A stretch of 61,185 nucleotides of DNA, the filler included, from Sphacelaria rigidula (taxonomy: Eukaryota): NCBI GenBank assembly GCA_964200075.2. It is 8 parts of 8 records of this genome, joined end to end, with 100 filler letters (N's around TTAATTAATTAA, not from the genome) between each part and the next. Parts side by side here need not be neighbours in the genome. Positions count along the whole stretch, not along the records: positions 1 to 7,561 come from CAXNAA020014327.1; positions 7,662 to 15,222 come from CAXNAA020014328.1; 6 more parts are not named here. One strand, written 5' to 3'. Both the position numbers and the translations under genes were made by a program. Shown here piece by piece: positions 1-11,619 of the stretch (the stretch's first letter is position 1; the number at the start of each line of letters is the position of its first letter). The notes under the pieces were generated by a model. It was given only the letters and a program-made list of their open reading frames with translations. It searched no databases and was not told the origin of the DNA.

Positions 1-57
1 CCCCCCCCCCCGCCCCCCCGGCAGGTGCGGCGCGGGGGGGGGGGAGTTTTTTGAAGG

Positions 58-93
<36 letters not shown>

Positions 94-99
94 CGAGGA

Positions 100-165
100 C
101 GTACTGATTCGCTACTTGCCTTGATCGCTTGGCCATTGACCACGCATCCCTTTCAAGACGGAGCA
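100..165 (-). mobile_element. Ultra-short 3'-tip copy of the LINE at 56193-61095, between G-tracts
   Basis: Its reverse complement matches TGCTCCGTCTCGAAAGGGAT..GTGGTCAATGG..GCAAG..GAAT.AGTACG at 61026-61091; long G runs lie on both sides. Confidence 0.85.
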
Positions 166-2152
166 AGTGGCGTGGGGGGGGGGGGGGTGGCGAGAGCGGG
201 GATGAAACTGTTTTCTTATATCGTACATGCCCACTTCGCTCTGAAGTATGAGAGCAGTCCCAGGCTTGTGCTCATTTTTCTCGTGAAAGTTTGCGAAAGA
301 GGTAAGGTATCCTCCTCGCGCTGTAGAGTATACGTTTTCAATTGCGATTTCAGCGACAAGTTATGCGGCATATCGTGGTGAGCTGTCGATGGTGTGATGT
401 ACCGATCAATAACAAGCGTACACTTCATCCAGTCTCTTTGTTGGGGTCTAACCGTCGGTAGAATGGTGTTGGCACCCAAGAAAGCGGTGTGTGTGTGTGT
501 GCGAGCGATTTTTTTTGTGTTGTGTAGATCGTGTTTGCCCCTGACAACCGTGAGCAGCTGTGTGCCCCATCATCGAATATATGTGCCGAGTTTTCTGGAC
601 CGCCTTTGTCCCGTTTTGTGCATTTGCTGAGCATGCACTGCGAAAACATCTGCTTCAAGCAAAGGAGCGATTTTCGAACAAAACACTAAGACAGCTTGTG
701 AGGATGGACGTCGCAAGTGCTCTTCTTGGTCACCCTATATTTACTCACATTGCTCCCGGGTGCGCTACTCGTCGTCAGGATAGCCCCAGCAAAAGAGTAA
801 GAAAATAATATCCGGAGCAGACAGCACGGACACGGAGCAGCAACAAAACAAGGCACAAAATGTGTGTCTCCTGCATCCCCTTCATCACCTAAGATTCGGA
901 GTGAACGGCATGGATCGGGTCAAAGTATGACACAGGAAGTCGGTTTCCTGCCAACATGCAACCACCTTAAAGTGCACCGCGCGCTCTGATCGGCCGTTGT
1001 GGCACTTACTTCATTTTACGGTGTCCTGGCACATCACATAACGCCCTGCTGGCGGCAGTCAAGGACGGTTTGGTACAAGAAAAAGTTCTTGCTCAGTTGT
1101 TCTGCTAAAATATAGTGCGACCGTTGTTGACAATGAGGCAGAACAAAATTTCCTGTTTTGACGTCAAGTTCGTCCCAGTTTGGAATCAATGGATAGCTCA
1201 GATATTGAGGACAACGTATACGGCAATGTATGCGATTTCCAATTCAGTAAGAGGATGTACATTATCTTCGATTGTTGACAATCTCGAGGTTTCAGAGTCG
1301 AGGCCTTCGATTTTGAGGATGGGAGTGTATATTGTCCACTCGGAGGCCGTCAGGTAACTGTATTGTTTTTTCCTCTTCGTTTGTTTTCTTGAGAAGTAAA
1401 GACGAACTTTCATATCGGAAATGCAGTTGAATTGAGCTATAGAGTACTTTGAAAAAACATCATTCGGAGGCGAAATGGTACGGCACGGCCTTCGACAAGT
1501 CGATTCGCTCCTTTCCTCAAATTTCCCGTCCCTAAATCTCACATGTCGAGCGAGAACTCATGAAGCCACTTCGTGGTCCCCTGCTCTCGGACCAGCTGGT
1601 ACTGAGACTGCCGATGGAGAAGCCGAGGGGGCACACTGGTTATTTCATTTGCCCGATATCGGGCTGTAGTAGAGAGCATTATCGCAAGTTGGGCGGTGCT
1701 CGCCTTCATAGGGGTTTCATGTACTTTGAGTGCTCTCCTTCTACTGTAGTATCAACGGAAAAGGTGAAAATTTCGGACACCTTCGAGCCGTCGATGAAGC
1801 CCTGCAACCTACGCACACGACGTTATCACAGCTCGGATTCCTGACGCGCTTTTCCCGTGTGACTGTAAGGTACCCCAAGGCTCTCAAACTGGTGGCAAAA
1901 ATAGTCAAGTGAGAACCTGCCCTCAACAGCACACATGATGTGTGACCTCGGAAAGTCGAGCCACGATTTCCAGTCCACACTAAAATCGAGTGTACGACGC
2001 TCTCGAATTAATGCGTTCACGCGACTGATAGAAATGGATCCTTGCACCAGATGTACCGAAAATAATCCGTCCTGCCTACACGAACGGTTTGGTTGTCGAT
2101 CGTTTCGCTCCTCGTCAACGCACGGACGGTTATTTTCTGGAACCGTGACTTG

Positions 2153-3030
2153 CTACTCTTCTAGGCTGTTGAAAACGATGAGCTCTGCCAACCGTTGACG
2201 TGCCTGCGCGGCACGCACGGCGCACTGAATAACGACTGCCGCGGCCGTTTGGCCATCATCCTCCAGGTATTCCCCCTCATTTCGCGAGGCAGCAAAGCTT
2301 GGTTCCAGCTCTTCATTATTATTCCGGGTGACACCCGGTGCACCGTCTGCTACAACCCCGAAGCCGAATGGTCGGTTCCACTGACTACGATGAGTATCTA
2401 GGCACACGTAGAACGGGTGTTGAAAGCCCTCGTCAAAGTGCTCTACAAACCGTGCGTTTACGGCGGCGAAAGTTGTTTTTCGCGCCAGCATAGATCGTAC
2501 GAGGGCCTGCAGCTTAACTACAGATTTCACGATGGCAAAAGTCCCTGGCATACTGGTCTCTGTCTCTTCTNNNNNNNNNNCTTCTCGATCTTCTGTCTCT
2601 GCGAACGTCCACCACCCTCGTTCTTCCCGCGGAAGCATCGCTGTCGTGTCGTTGATGTCATTCTGCAAATTTTCATCTTGAGAAATTTTTGGCAATGTCT
2701 GTGGAACAAGTGGGTGGTGGTGGTGGTGGTGGTCAATATTGTCGCTGTCAACAGTTGTGGAGGCAAACGCTGTCCTCGCTTTGTTCTCTGAATGTTGTGC
2801 TTGTAATCGACGTTTCAACATGATCCTCGCTCCTGCCTGCAGGACCGTGGCGGCTGCATCATAGCATGCGAATAAACTCTTTGTGTTGGCACTTGCAGCG
2901 ACGGCCGCAGCTTGCAGTGTCTGCGCTATCTCCAGCTGCTCCGCGAGCTGCTTGATGGCCTGCGACGACAGGGACGATATCTTGCTGGCTATGCTTAAGT
3001 CGTGGTTGTCGTCGCTCTTCTCTCCTTCTC
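2153..3030 (-). CDS. Downstream exon of an IQ-motif / WW-like domain protein (partial gene)
   Basis: The frame stays open upstream of the ORF-track Met to an AG acceptor at 3032-3031. Three IQ-like motifs (AAATVLQAGARIMLKRR, SVVKLQALVRSMLARK, AAAVVIQCAVRAAQARQR) and a WW-like segment (FVEHFDEGFQHPFYVCLDTHRSQWNRP). 10-N gap at 2571-2580. Confidence 0.75.
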
Positions 3031-3552
3031 CTAGTAGTTTGTTCCGCCGTGCCGGAGTGAAGAAGGAGTAACAAATACAGAGGACGATGCACAGCGGGTG
3101 TAGTGGCTCAGGTTCCTCTATGAATCTTTCTAGCTAAAACTAGATGTTGCGGCGCCTGCAATGTTTGGTACTTGTAAGAAATGTGGATAGCACCCACCCC
3201 TCGCGCGGACGACTGCATTATCACGGAGGATCGGCACGGCAACATTATCGGTCTAAATCATCCTCCGTATTTTTCGTACGCTGCTACTGTGGTGCGAACA
3301 AAGGGAGATGGTCACGAAAACGCGCAAGAGAGATATTGTGGCCGTGCAGATTTCTTCAACTTTGCCTCTATGCTCTCTGGCCTGAATAGGGTAAGAATCC
3401 GGATCCGGGGATGGATACCAGTCTAGACCAACGTTGCTGCCTGATTTGCTCTCTACGGAAGGCATGATCCGGTATATTCACGACCCCAGGGACGCATATT
3501 AATCTCATCCCCCCGCCCCCAAACCACTTGTTGAATGGCATATCACCAATAC

Positions 3553-4807
3553 CTTCTTCTGTCCCATGCTCTCCAACATCACCAGCGCCGACTTGTAGCT
3601 CGAGCTCAAACAGCCGCTTATTGGCGCAAGATATTGCCGCCTGCGACGCTCGGACGGAGGACTCTGCCTTTGCCAAGCACTCCTCCCGTGATGCGCCGTA
3701 GCGACCACTACGATCCCAGGAGGAAAGTAATTCGTCCAACTCTGCGGCCCGGTTGCGCGCGGAACGATTGGCGGCTTTCGAAGACGCGACTTCTATGAGC
3801 ACAGCAGCAGGGTAAACAACGTCGTCATCACCACTCCGGTTGCAGCTAACATTGCCCTGTTGGATTCCGGCAACCCGCGAATAAGTGCTACAGCAATCAT
3901 CAGAGAGAAACGATGCTGGATCGTGGTCGTTGCGCTTTACGCTGCTACGTTGATGCTGACTTGACGATGAAAGTGTTGCCTGAGATGATGCAAATCTCGT
4001 GCTCCGGTTATCCGTTCCGGATGTTCGCCAGAAAGCGCCCACTGCACCATGTCCCGGCTGCCTAATGGCCGCGAAATTGGTGTCCACAACGCCGTCACTA
4101 TCGGTTTTGCTGCTAACGCCACATGTGTCACCCGCGCCCCAGAACCATCCCGCCTGCTGCTGCTGATGCTCCTTCTGCTTCAGTTGTTGCTTCTCGGTGT
4201 TTCTCTGCTGCTCGAGACAACAAGCATCATCCGCAATAGTGCCATTTATCAGCTGCTCTAAAGAGCTGCCCTGAGGTACGGTTCCGCCGTTCGTTGCAGC
4301 CAACGGCACGAGGGAATCTCCGGAGCGAGGAGCGGCGAAGTCACCCATCGCGCGGATATACGACGCACTCGAGGAGAAAGGATTGTCATTGCCGCTTTCG
4401 GCTGCCCATTGCTCTTGATGATGCTGATTTCGCTGAGCTTTGTGTCCTTCCCCCAAAATTCTGTCAACAAAGGTCTGAACACACGAAGTGGTAGCAGACT
4501 GACATGTTCGCTGGTTATTGCCCGAGTCGCCATCTGGACGTTTCTTGACGGTATTTTGAGAAGGATGCTTTGGAAGTCTCCTTCTTGGCCTTTTGGTGTT
4601 CGTTTCTGAAGGCTTTAGAGATTTCAAGGGAGATGGAGCAGATTGTGATGATGACGATGATGACCAGTTCCGCACGAGATTCCGCCCGTGGCCGATGGTG
4701 TGGCGAAGATCTGACGTTGACTTCTCCGAGACGGAGCGCTGGGATTGGATGTTGCTTTTTTCTAGACTGTCAAGCAGGTGTTCTTGATCGCACAGCTTTT
4801 TCCGCCA
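3553..4807 (-). CDS. Large low-complexity / coiled-coil exon of the same IQ-motif gene
   Basis: Lies within the 502-aa ORF. Acceptor tttcccacgcag|TGG at 4807. Donor GAAG|GTATTG at 3553/3552 is phase 1 and joins in frame to the exon starting at 3030 (G+GA = Gly). Confidence 0.7.
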
Positions 4808-5777
4808 CTGCGTGGGAAACGGTTTGATATGAATGAGAAAGCACAGGAGCCGATCTGTAGTAGAAAACAGGAACACAGGAAAAACACGGTCAATTGAAAG
4901 TAGTCCGAAATTGGCTGATACACGCAGTGGTAAACTTTGAGCGCAGGATCTGAAATTGAGACCCTGCTCAGCGAAGAGCGTGCTCGTAGATAAAGAGACG
5001 GGTCGTTTCGACCACCATCAAGCTCCGTACGGCCCAAACGAGGAACCACGTGAAGCGCCTTGTGCACTTCGCCGACACTCGCTGAAATAAACGTGAAGAA
5101 CGTACTACAAAACAATGATACCTGACTCGTGCAACATTTTAAGGTAGCTCTTAAGGCCCATCATCAGGCTAATTGCTATCGACTTTGTTTTTTTCGGACG
5201 CCTCCAAGGATTTCGGGACTGGCAAGGTACGTGATGACTCCGGAATGCTCGCAAGCGCCACGGCGTACACACACGGCAGCTTTCCGAAGTGCTGCATTTT
5301 GGTTCGAATTTCCAACTCATCTAAAAAATAAAGCCTCGGAGAAAAAATCGGGCCGCTTCGTTTTCGGAGAAGTTTACATTTTTTTTGTATATTGTCCATA
5401 ATAATGTGCCCAAGTATCGCTGTTTTGGTCGGTCATTCAGAAACACAATGGCCATGTAGAGTATTTTGCACACGTGATACGACGCGGAAGAGCAAGCTTC
5501 GTCCTGCGCCATCCAAGACCGGGGGAGTATTATATCTCATGAACTGCGGTTGGTATCTCATGAACTGCGGTTGGTCTACACATTCGGTTAGTATGAAACC
5601 TCGGCGGTGAAGCGGCTTCGCATCGTTGGACGAAAAGGCCGAAACAGTGCCGACAGTGTCGGCAATACCTCCGACATCGTTGGCGGCACTTCCGACACAT
5701 CCGACAATGTAATGAATAATGCCGGAAGTGCCGGCAATTTCATCCAATAGTGCGATGCCTTGCGGGTAATCCATATG

Positions 5778-6082
5778 TAACAAAACTTTCGAGAGATTGA
5801 GAGTAAAGGATACGATTGAGAGTGAGAAGCGGTCAATTAATGAATGAATAGCTTCAATTCCGAAATGCCCCTCCAAGAGGCCCGCTATGATTTCTGTAGT
5901 AGCTTGCCACTGAAGCCCTTGATATCCCTGACTAGGATATCGACGTGTAGCTGTAAGCACACTCCAGTGAGTGCTACAGGCAAAGAAAAGCACACAGAGA
6001 ATGAAAAACTGGCCAAGTTGAAACAACAATGAAACCCATTCTCAATCAACGCTCTATTCTCAACTTGACGAAAACCTTGTTA
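5778..6082. mobile_element. 305-bp MITE with ~30-bp imperfect TIRs (TAAC...GTTA) and 4-bp TSD TATG
   Basis: TATG at 5774-5777 and 6083-6086; a homologous copy lies at 47384-47682. Confidence 0.85.
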
Positions 6083-6612
6083 TATGCCGTACCGCACACA
6101 CATTCAACAGAAGAAAAAAGACAATGAGAACAAAGCTTTTCATTGAGGACGAGGAAGCCCCTGAACTGCCCCCGGGAAGTGACCATATATTTGTTTTCCG
6201 AAATATTTTGGTGGTTGCGAAGGGCATCGAAACGATTTGCAAGCGACCTCGACCAAGTTGATGATGCACTGGGGGGAACACGGCAATGGTTTGTCATGAA
6301 CGCGATCCCAACCAAGTTGATAGCGCACCGGGGGAAGCCGGCGACGGTTCATCGTGAACTTCTATCGAAGCGAAATATCCTCCTCCCCCCCTTACGTGCG
6401 TTGCTAGTGAGCAAAATGAAAATGGTGTTATTGCTAGTGAGCAAAAATACGGTCGCCATGAATGATGTGGTCTGTTCCGGCACACACCATGTCCTCTACC
6501 TTGAGTTCTCTGTGCGGCCGGGTACACCAGGCGGCAGGAAGCTCTTTTTCTCCATCATTTGTCGGGGGTGCCTTTATACATGGATGAAAAGCAGGCGAGG
6601 ATAGACTTTTAA

Positions 6613-7415
6613 CCCCTAGACCGCGAAGGAAGTCGATCTGGATAATGCATTATCTTTTCAAGTAAAACTGATGCCGATTCAACAGATGACCTACTCTCAC
6701 TGTCCAAGGGTTCAGCTTTGGCATTCGGAATAATCAACGCAGAGCACTTTTCAAATCGAGCTGGCTGTGGGACGCCACGCAGACGAAGGGAAATCGGAAC
6801 GAGTAGTGAGAGGGGAGACAAAATCATGTTACTGCACTGCACCGTAACTGTACTGTACTGTACTCTGCGCTGGTTGTGCTGGCCCCGACTAAATTTGTGA
6901 ACCTAATGACCACGGTTGGGGTGGTCATGTGGCACAGATCAGCCCCACGTATTTTCATTATTATCCCAGCAAAAAACTTAAATCCCCCCCGTATGGGGTG
7001 AAACGAGGAGGTGGATTAACCGGAGTTGGGCTACCCTCTATTCATGGTCGACATATTTTATAACAAGCACTCACCCTAACCCCGGTCCCAACTCAAGACC
7101 TACCGGGAACCCTCGGGCGTGGGAGGTGCACAGAGTTCCCTAGGAAACGTGTGGCGTCAGTAGACCCCAAGTCGGCGCAACAGGCGCCCAATTGGACGCC
7201 GATTTGGACGAAAACGCGTTCTGCGCACGCCAGGAGCACACGAGACTGTCAAGCGGCTAAAATCGATTGTCGTCGTAGACACTCATGTCATCAACCATGT
7301 GTGTTTTACCTCCGGTTAAATCAACTGGTACAAGTACAGGCTGTACTCTGCAAAGACGGTACGAGTTATATAGTCATTCGTAGGCGGGTCGGGAGGCAGT
7401 CTCGCTGTCCAAGGG
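6613..7415. mobile_element. Non-autonomous piggyBac-like element
   Basis: TTAA|CCCCTAGACCGCGA ... TCGCTGTCCAAGGG|TTGA; CCC/GGG termini with TTAA-type flanks. Confidence 0.65.
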
Positions 7416-7504
7416 TTGAGGTCCCCTAGGTCCATCCTCAAAATTCCTGCGCATGAACAATACTGTACAGTACAAACAGCGTTTTCGTGATATTGAGAGT
7501 ACAT

Positions 7505-7561
7505 TAGTCAGCGTCAGAAGTATGCAGAATCCGTAATTTCTTAGTTTCTCAAAGATTGTCC
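7505..7561 (+). repeat. Dispersed repeat, nearly identical to 38115-38171
   Basis: TAGTCAGCGTCAGAAGTATGCAGAATC.GTAATTTCTTAGTTTCTC.AAGATTGTCC occurs at or near the end of two contigs. Confidence 0.8.
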
Positions 7562-7661
7562 NNNNNNNNNNNNNNNNNNNNNNNNNNNNNNNNNNNNNNN
7601 NNNNNTTAATTAATTAANNNNNNNNNNNNNNNNNNNNNNNNNNNNNNNNNNNNNNNNNNNN
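7562..7661. other. Artificial contig spacer (44N-TTAATTAATTAA-44N)
   Basis: The same 100-nt spacer recurs 7 times, and the intervening segments are all 7560-7561 bp. Confidence 0.98.
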
Positions 7662-8500
7662 TGTCACTCACAGGATCAATTTGACACATCACTTGATCGC
7701 AACGACGTAGTCAGTCCATTGCAACAAAAGATCCCCTCTTTCAGGAAAAACCGATTAGTGCCTGGAACAGTTTCAGGCCGAAATGCCCCCCCCAGGCGTA
7801 ACAATGCTTTGTGCGGTATCTCACCAACCAGACCGCCGAATTCCTTGAATGGGGTACTGTACGGTAGCTGCATGCACAGGACGTGTGCTCAAGCAAAAAA
7901 AAAGTTGCCTGTTAGGAACGCCAGAGCATCCACTCTGAATCTGATATTACGCTCTGAATCTCACGAATATGTCGTTTTTTGTCTATTTGCTTCGGGCAGT
8001 TATGTCCCTTCCCCTTCACCTTCCAGGCACTTACCTGTGTCTGCCTGTCCCCCTCCGTTTACCGGGCGGGGGGGGGGGGAGACGACCACGCGCTTGGGGT
8101 CAAAAACGTTCTGCTCTCGCTTCATTGGTGTATTTGTAGAAAATAATATGCTCGAGAGACAGGAAGGCCTCCCTTTTCTGAAACTTATGAAGGTCGTCAC
8201 TTCGCAAGCCCTCACACGCGCATATCGGCCCAGAGGGTCGTCTAACAGAATCTGCTGACTGTACACGAGCGCTAAATCAACAGGTCACAATTGACACCTT
8301 AACAATTTTGCAGGACCTAGGTGAAGAACATGAATTTTGAGCGTGTTGTACATTTTGCTGTCTTATAGTGGAAGATTCACACGATCTGCATCACGAACGA
8401 GACTGCCAGCTGCCAAATCATCAGTTCGACCCGTGTCCCGGAAGGGAAAATATGACGGCGGATGCTGCGGCTCAAGTGTGGCTGTTTTAATTTCTTTCAA

Positions 8501-9462
8501 CCCTTTTGGGACCGACCACCCACTAATACAGGGGTGACCCTGTGTTGGAAAAAAATGAAAAAAAAATCATGGTGAGGTGAAATTCATCGACCAGACCCGG
8601 ACGACCAGCGCGGGGGTTGTTGTCGAGTGTGTGATGCCACTGCAAAGATCGTGTGGGGGCCCTATCCCTGGCACAGATGAGCCTTCCCAGGTTTCCAAAT
8701 GCAGGGTCGTGGCAGCTTGGTTGATGGTATCACTTGCATTCAGTATAGCGTGCCCGAGATTTTCCGGGGGGGTTTTGGGGTCGCCAGCCTATACTGAATC
8801 GTAGTAATTACACTAACACAGGGTGGAGCGGAAAAAAACGGGAAGGAGTGTACGAGGCACTAAACCCAGGTGGCCATCATGAATCCTGCTTATCCCTCTG
8901 CCGGTGACTTGTGGTGTGTAGTTAACATGTATGTAGTGGGCGGGAATGAAGAAGCGGTATATAGGCAGTCGATCCCGGTAGCTGAGAATTGCCTAGAACG
9001 TGCAAGGGAGTATGCAGCCGCAGCTGCTGCTGCAGTCGGAGAGGCGTACCACACTGTACTGTACTATACTGTATGCATGTGCGCCGCAACGCTGATACCC
9101 TTCGAAGAGAATTTGCCGCATGCAACAAAGAGTGAAATGGCGACCCACGCCACAAAGGGCTGGGTGGCAGGGTGATAGAGACAATAACATAATCCAAAGC
9201 CACAAGTGGCGGGCGGCCCGCCGGTCGCTGCATCTTGTTGGAAGCTCGTTACCGCAATCCATACTGCTTGCTATATAATATGTACATCACCCAACGCGCA
9301 CCTTGCACCTGAAAATAGATCGGATGAAGCTTTCGGTCTTCCTCATAACCCTGCGGTTACATACGCAGATTTTCAGCAACACGCCACTGTTTCGTGCAGA
9401 CGTCAGACACGTCATTCCTTACCAGCCTTATTAGCCGTTCTGGAGACCCGGTCCCAAAAGGG
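8501..9462. mobile_element. Non-autonomous piggyBac-like element with TCAA TSD
   Basis: TCAA|CCCTTTTGGGACCG ... CGGTCCCAAAAGGG|TCAA with a perfect 14-bp TIR. The right end recurs at 30645-30702, followed by TTAA. Confidence 0.85.
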
Positions 9463-10679
9463 TCAATGTGCTATCTCGTGGTATCTAATTTATTTCTTGG
9501 CTGCTGTGCCATGTGTCTTATGCAGCATCCATTGCAAGCCTCACGATGAAATCTACACTCATGTTGTAAATCAGTCTTTGTTTAACGGATTATCGAATGA
9601 AAATAAATTATTATACTGCTCTTTCGTAATCTCCACCCATGCATTCAGCTTCTCGCACAGACTTCGTATCCCTCGCGAACATCTTCCTCATACTGCCGTG
9701 AAACCTCGGCAGATTTCTGCCTGAGCAACGTGCGACCACAGTGTGACATCTACAGCATCCGTACACCATCGATGGCGGCATGTTATTGCGGGGCATAGAC
9801 AACGCGACCATCCGCTGTAGCATATTGCTGCACCTCGTTGATTTGAACGGCCGAATAAACTTTGCCGTTACCCCGAAGCTATTCATTAAGAGCCCAGCCA
9901 TCACGACATGCGTACAGAATAAACAGTCAGTGATATATCACTGCGACAGCGTTTATGGAAACTCGGGGTTGACTCCCAATCACAGGGAAACCGTTTCCGA
10001 GACACCAAGACGCGCTTGACGATCATTCAACGACGACTACAGCACCTCCTCACGCAGATCTCATCATGTCTTGAAGTCCGTAGGCTCATCTTCTTGACCG
10101 TGGCTGGCCAACCTTGAACCAGTCGTCTCGCGATCTCTGACCCATGGACGCAGCAATTGCGTCGAGTTTTTGGCACACTATCGATTCCGCCAGCTGTCGA
10201 TTAACCCCCCCGCACCTTGCACACGAGCGATACCACAGCCCACCCTAGCACCACCTCGGAACCTCCCCGGCTCTGCTTCTGCTAGCCCCTCTCGCGTTTA
10301 AGCTCACCTTTGTCGCTGCAAACTGATCACGCCTACATTATTTCCTGTCTTGATGTGTCAGTATTTTTTCAGGGGACCCAATAAAAGTTTATCGTAGAAC
10401 TTTGTGCTAAATGCCAAACGGCTACATAGATTCCTCTCCTTTTAGGGGCACGTAGACTTCACCAGCTGTAGTCATTCATACATGAACCTGGGCTGTTCAT
10501 TATATGGGAGAGCAGCATACCAGTTTCCCTCTCAGAAAAAAAGCTCCATATAATCAAGATAAAACACTCACAGAGTCCACCGATCAGATCCGCAGATCCG
10601 CGATTCATCAACCAGTCGTAAACACGCCTACTGCACATTGATCCGACTCCACTCGTGCACCTAAGCCGGGCAACAATTA

Positions 10680-11619
10680 TGGCCAGAGTCGACAGCGCCC
10701 CGATACGGAGCACGGTGCTCACAGGTTGACGGCATCGAATCCAGTCGACGAGAAAACAGCACGCTTCACACCTCGCAGTCAACACACACAATATACGGCG
10801 ATAAAAGCTGGGGACATCGGCCCGAGTTAATGCACCTGTAGAATTGGAAACAAATACCTGTCCCTACTCACAGGCTAACGGCTTCGAATCCGGTCGATGC
10901 GAGCAGCACGCGTCACACCTCGCAGTACGAGCGTGGTACGTCGTGTGTCCACCCACACAGCTTACAGCGGCGAAAGCTTGGGACATCGAACCCAGTCGAT
11001 ACAACGATGGCGTTGGGAACAAACACACACGAATAGTCCCCGGTCATCGATGCTTCCCATACGACACCACCATCTCCCAGATAAAGTTTTATCCGAAGAT
11101 TCTCACACACACGCATATCCAGGCGCTCATACTTCCCCCCCCTCGGACAGACTTCGTGAAAACCTCGTGCGCGCCGATACGGAGCACACGAAGCGGTGAT
11201 CACAGGCTGACGGCATCGAAGCCAGTCGATGCGGACAGCACGCTTCACATCTTGCAGCGCAAGTGTGGCACGTCGTGTGTGTATGCACACAGCTTACGGC
11301 GACGAAAATCTGGGGACATCGGATCGAGTCGATGCACCCATAGCGCTGGAAAGAAACACCCGCCGATACTCCCCGGTCATCGATGCTCTCCAAACGACAC
11401 AACTACTCCGGGGGAGCATTATCCCGAGATCCCCTCTCACACGCATGCTCAGGTGCGCTGCTTCTTTCCCTCCCTCGGATCAGCTTTGGGAACATGTCGT
11501 CGCCCCGATACGAAGTACACGAAGCGGTGCTCACAGGCTGACGGCATCAAACTAAGTCGATGCGACAGCACGCGCCACACCTTGCAGCACGAGCGCGGTA
11601 CGTCGTGAAAATACACAAA
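10680..11619 (+). repeat. Degenerate ~325-330-bp tandem array, left part
   Basis: Anchors CCGATACG.AG.AC at ~10701, 11174, 11505 and GGGACATCG at ~10810, 10980, 11312. Confidence 0.8.

Noticed and set aside
5433-6029. 198-aa minus-strand ORF with a hydrophobic N-terminus
   Set aside because: It starts inside the 305-bp MITE and crosses its boundary, and the homologous copy at 47384 does not suggest a conserved protein
7606-7617. TTAATTAATTAA recurring every ~7.66 kb
   Set aside because: It is an artificial linker embedded in N runs
10844-11608. 254-aa ORF with internal repeats
   Set aside because: It coincides with the tandem array, and other units of the array do not keep the frame open
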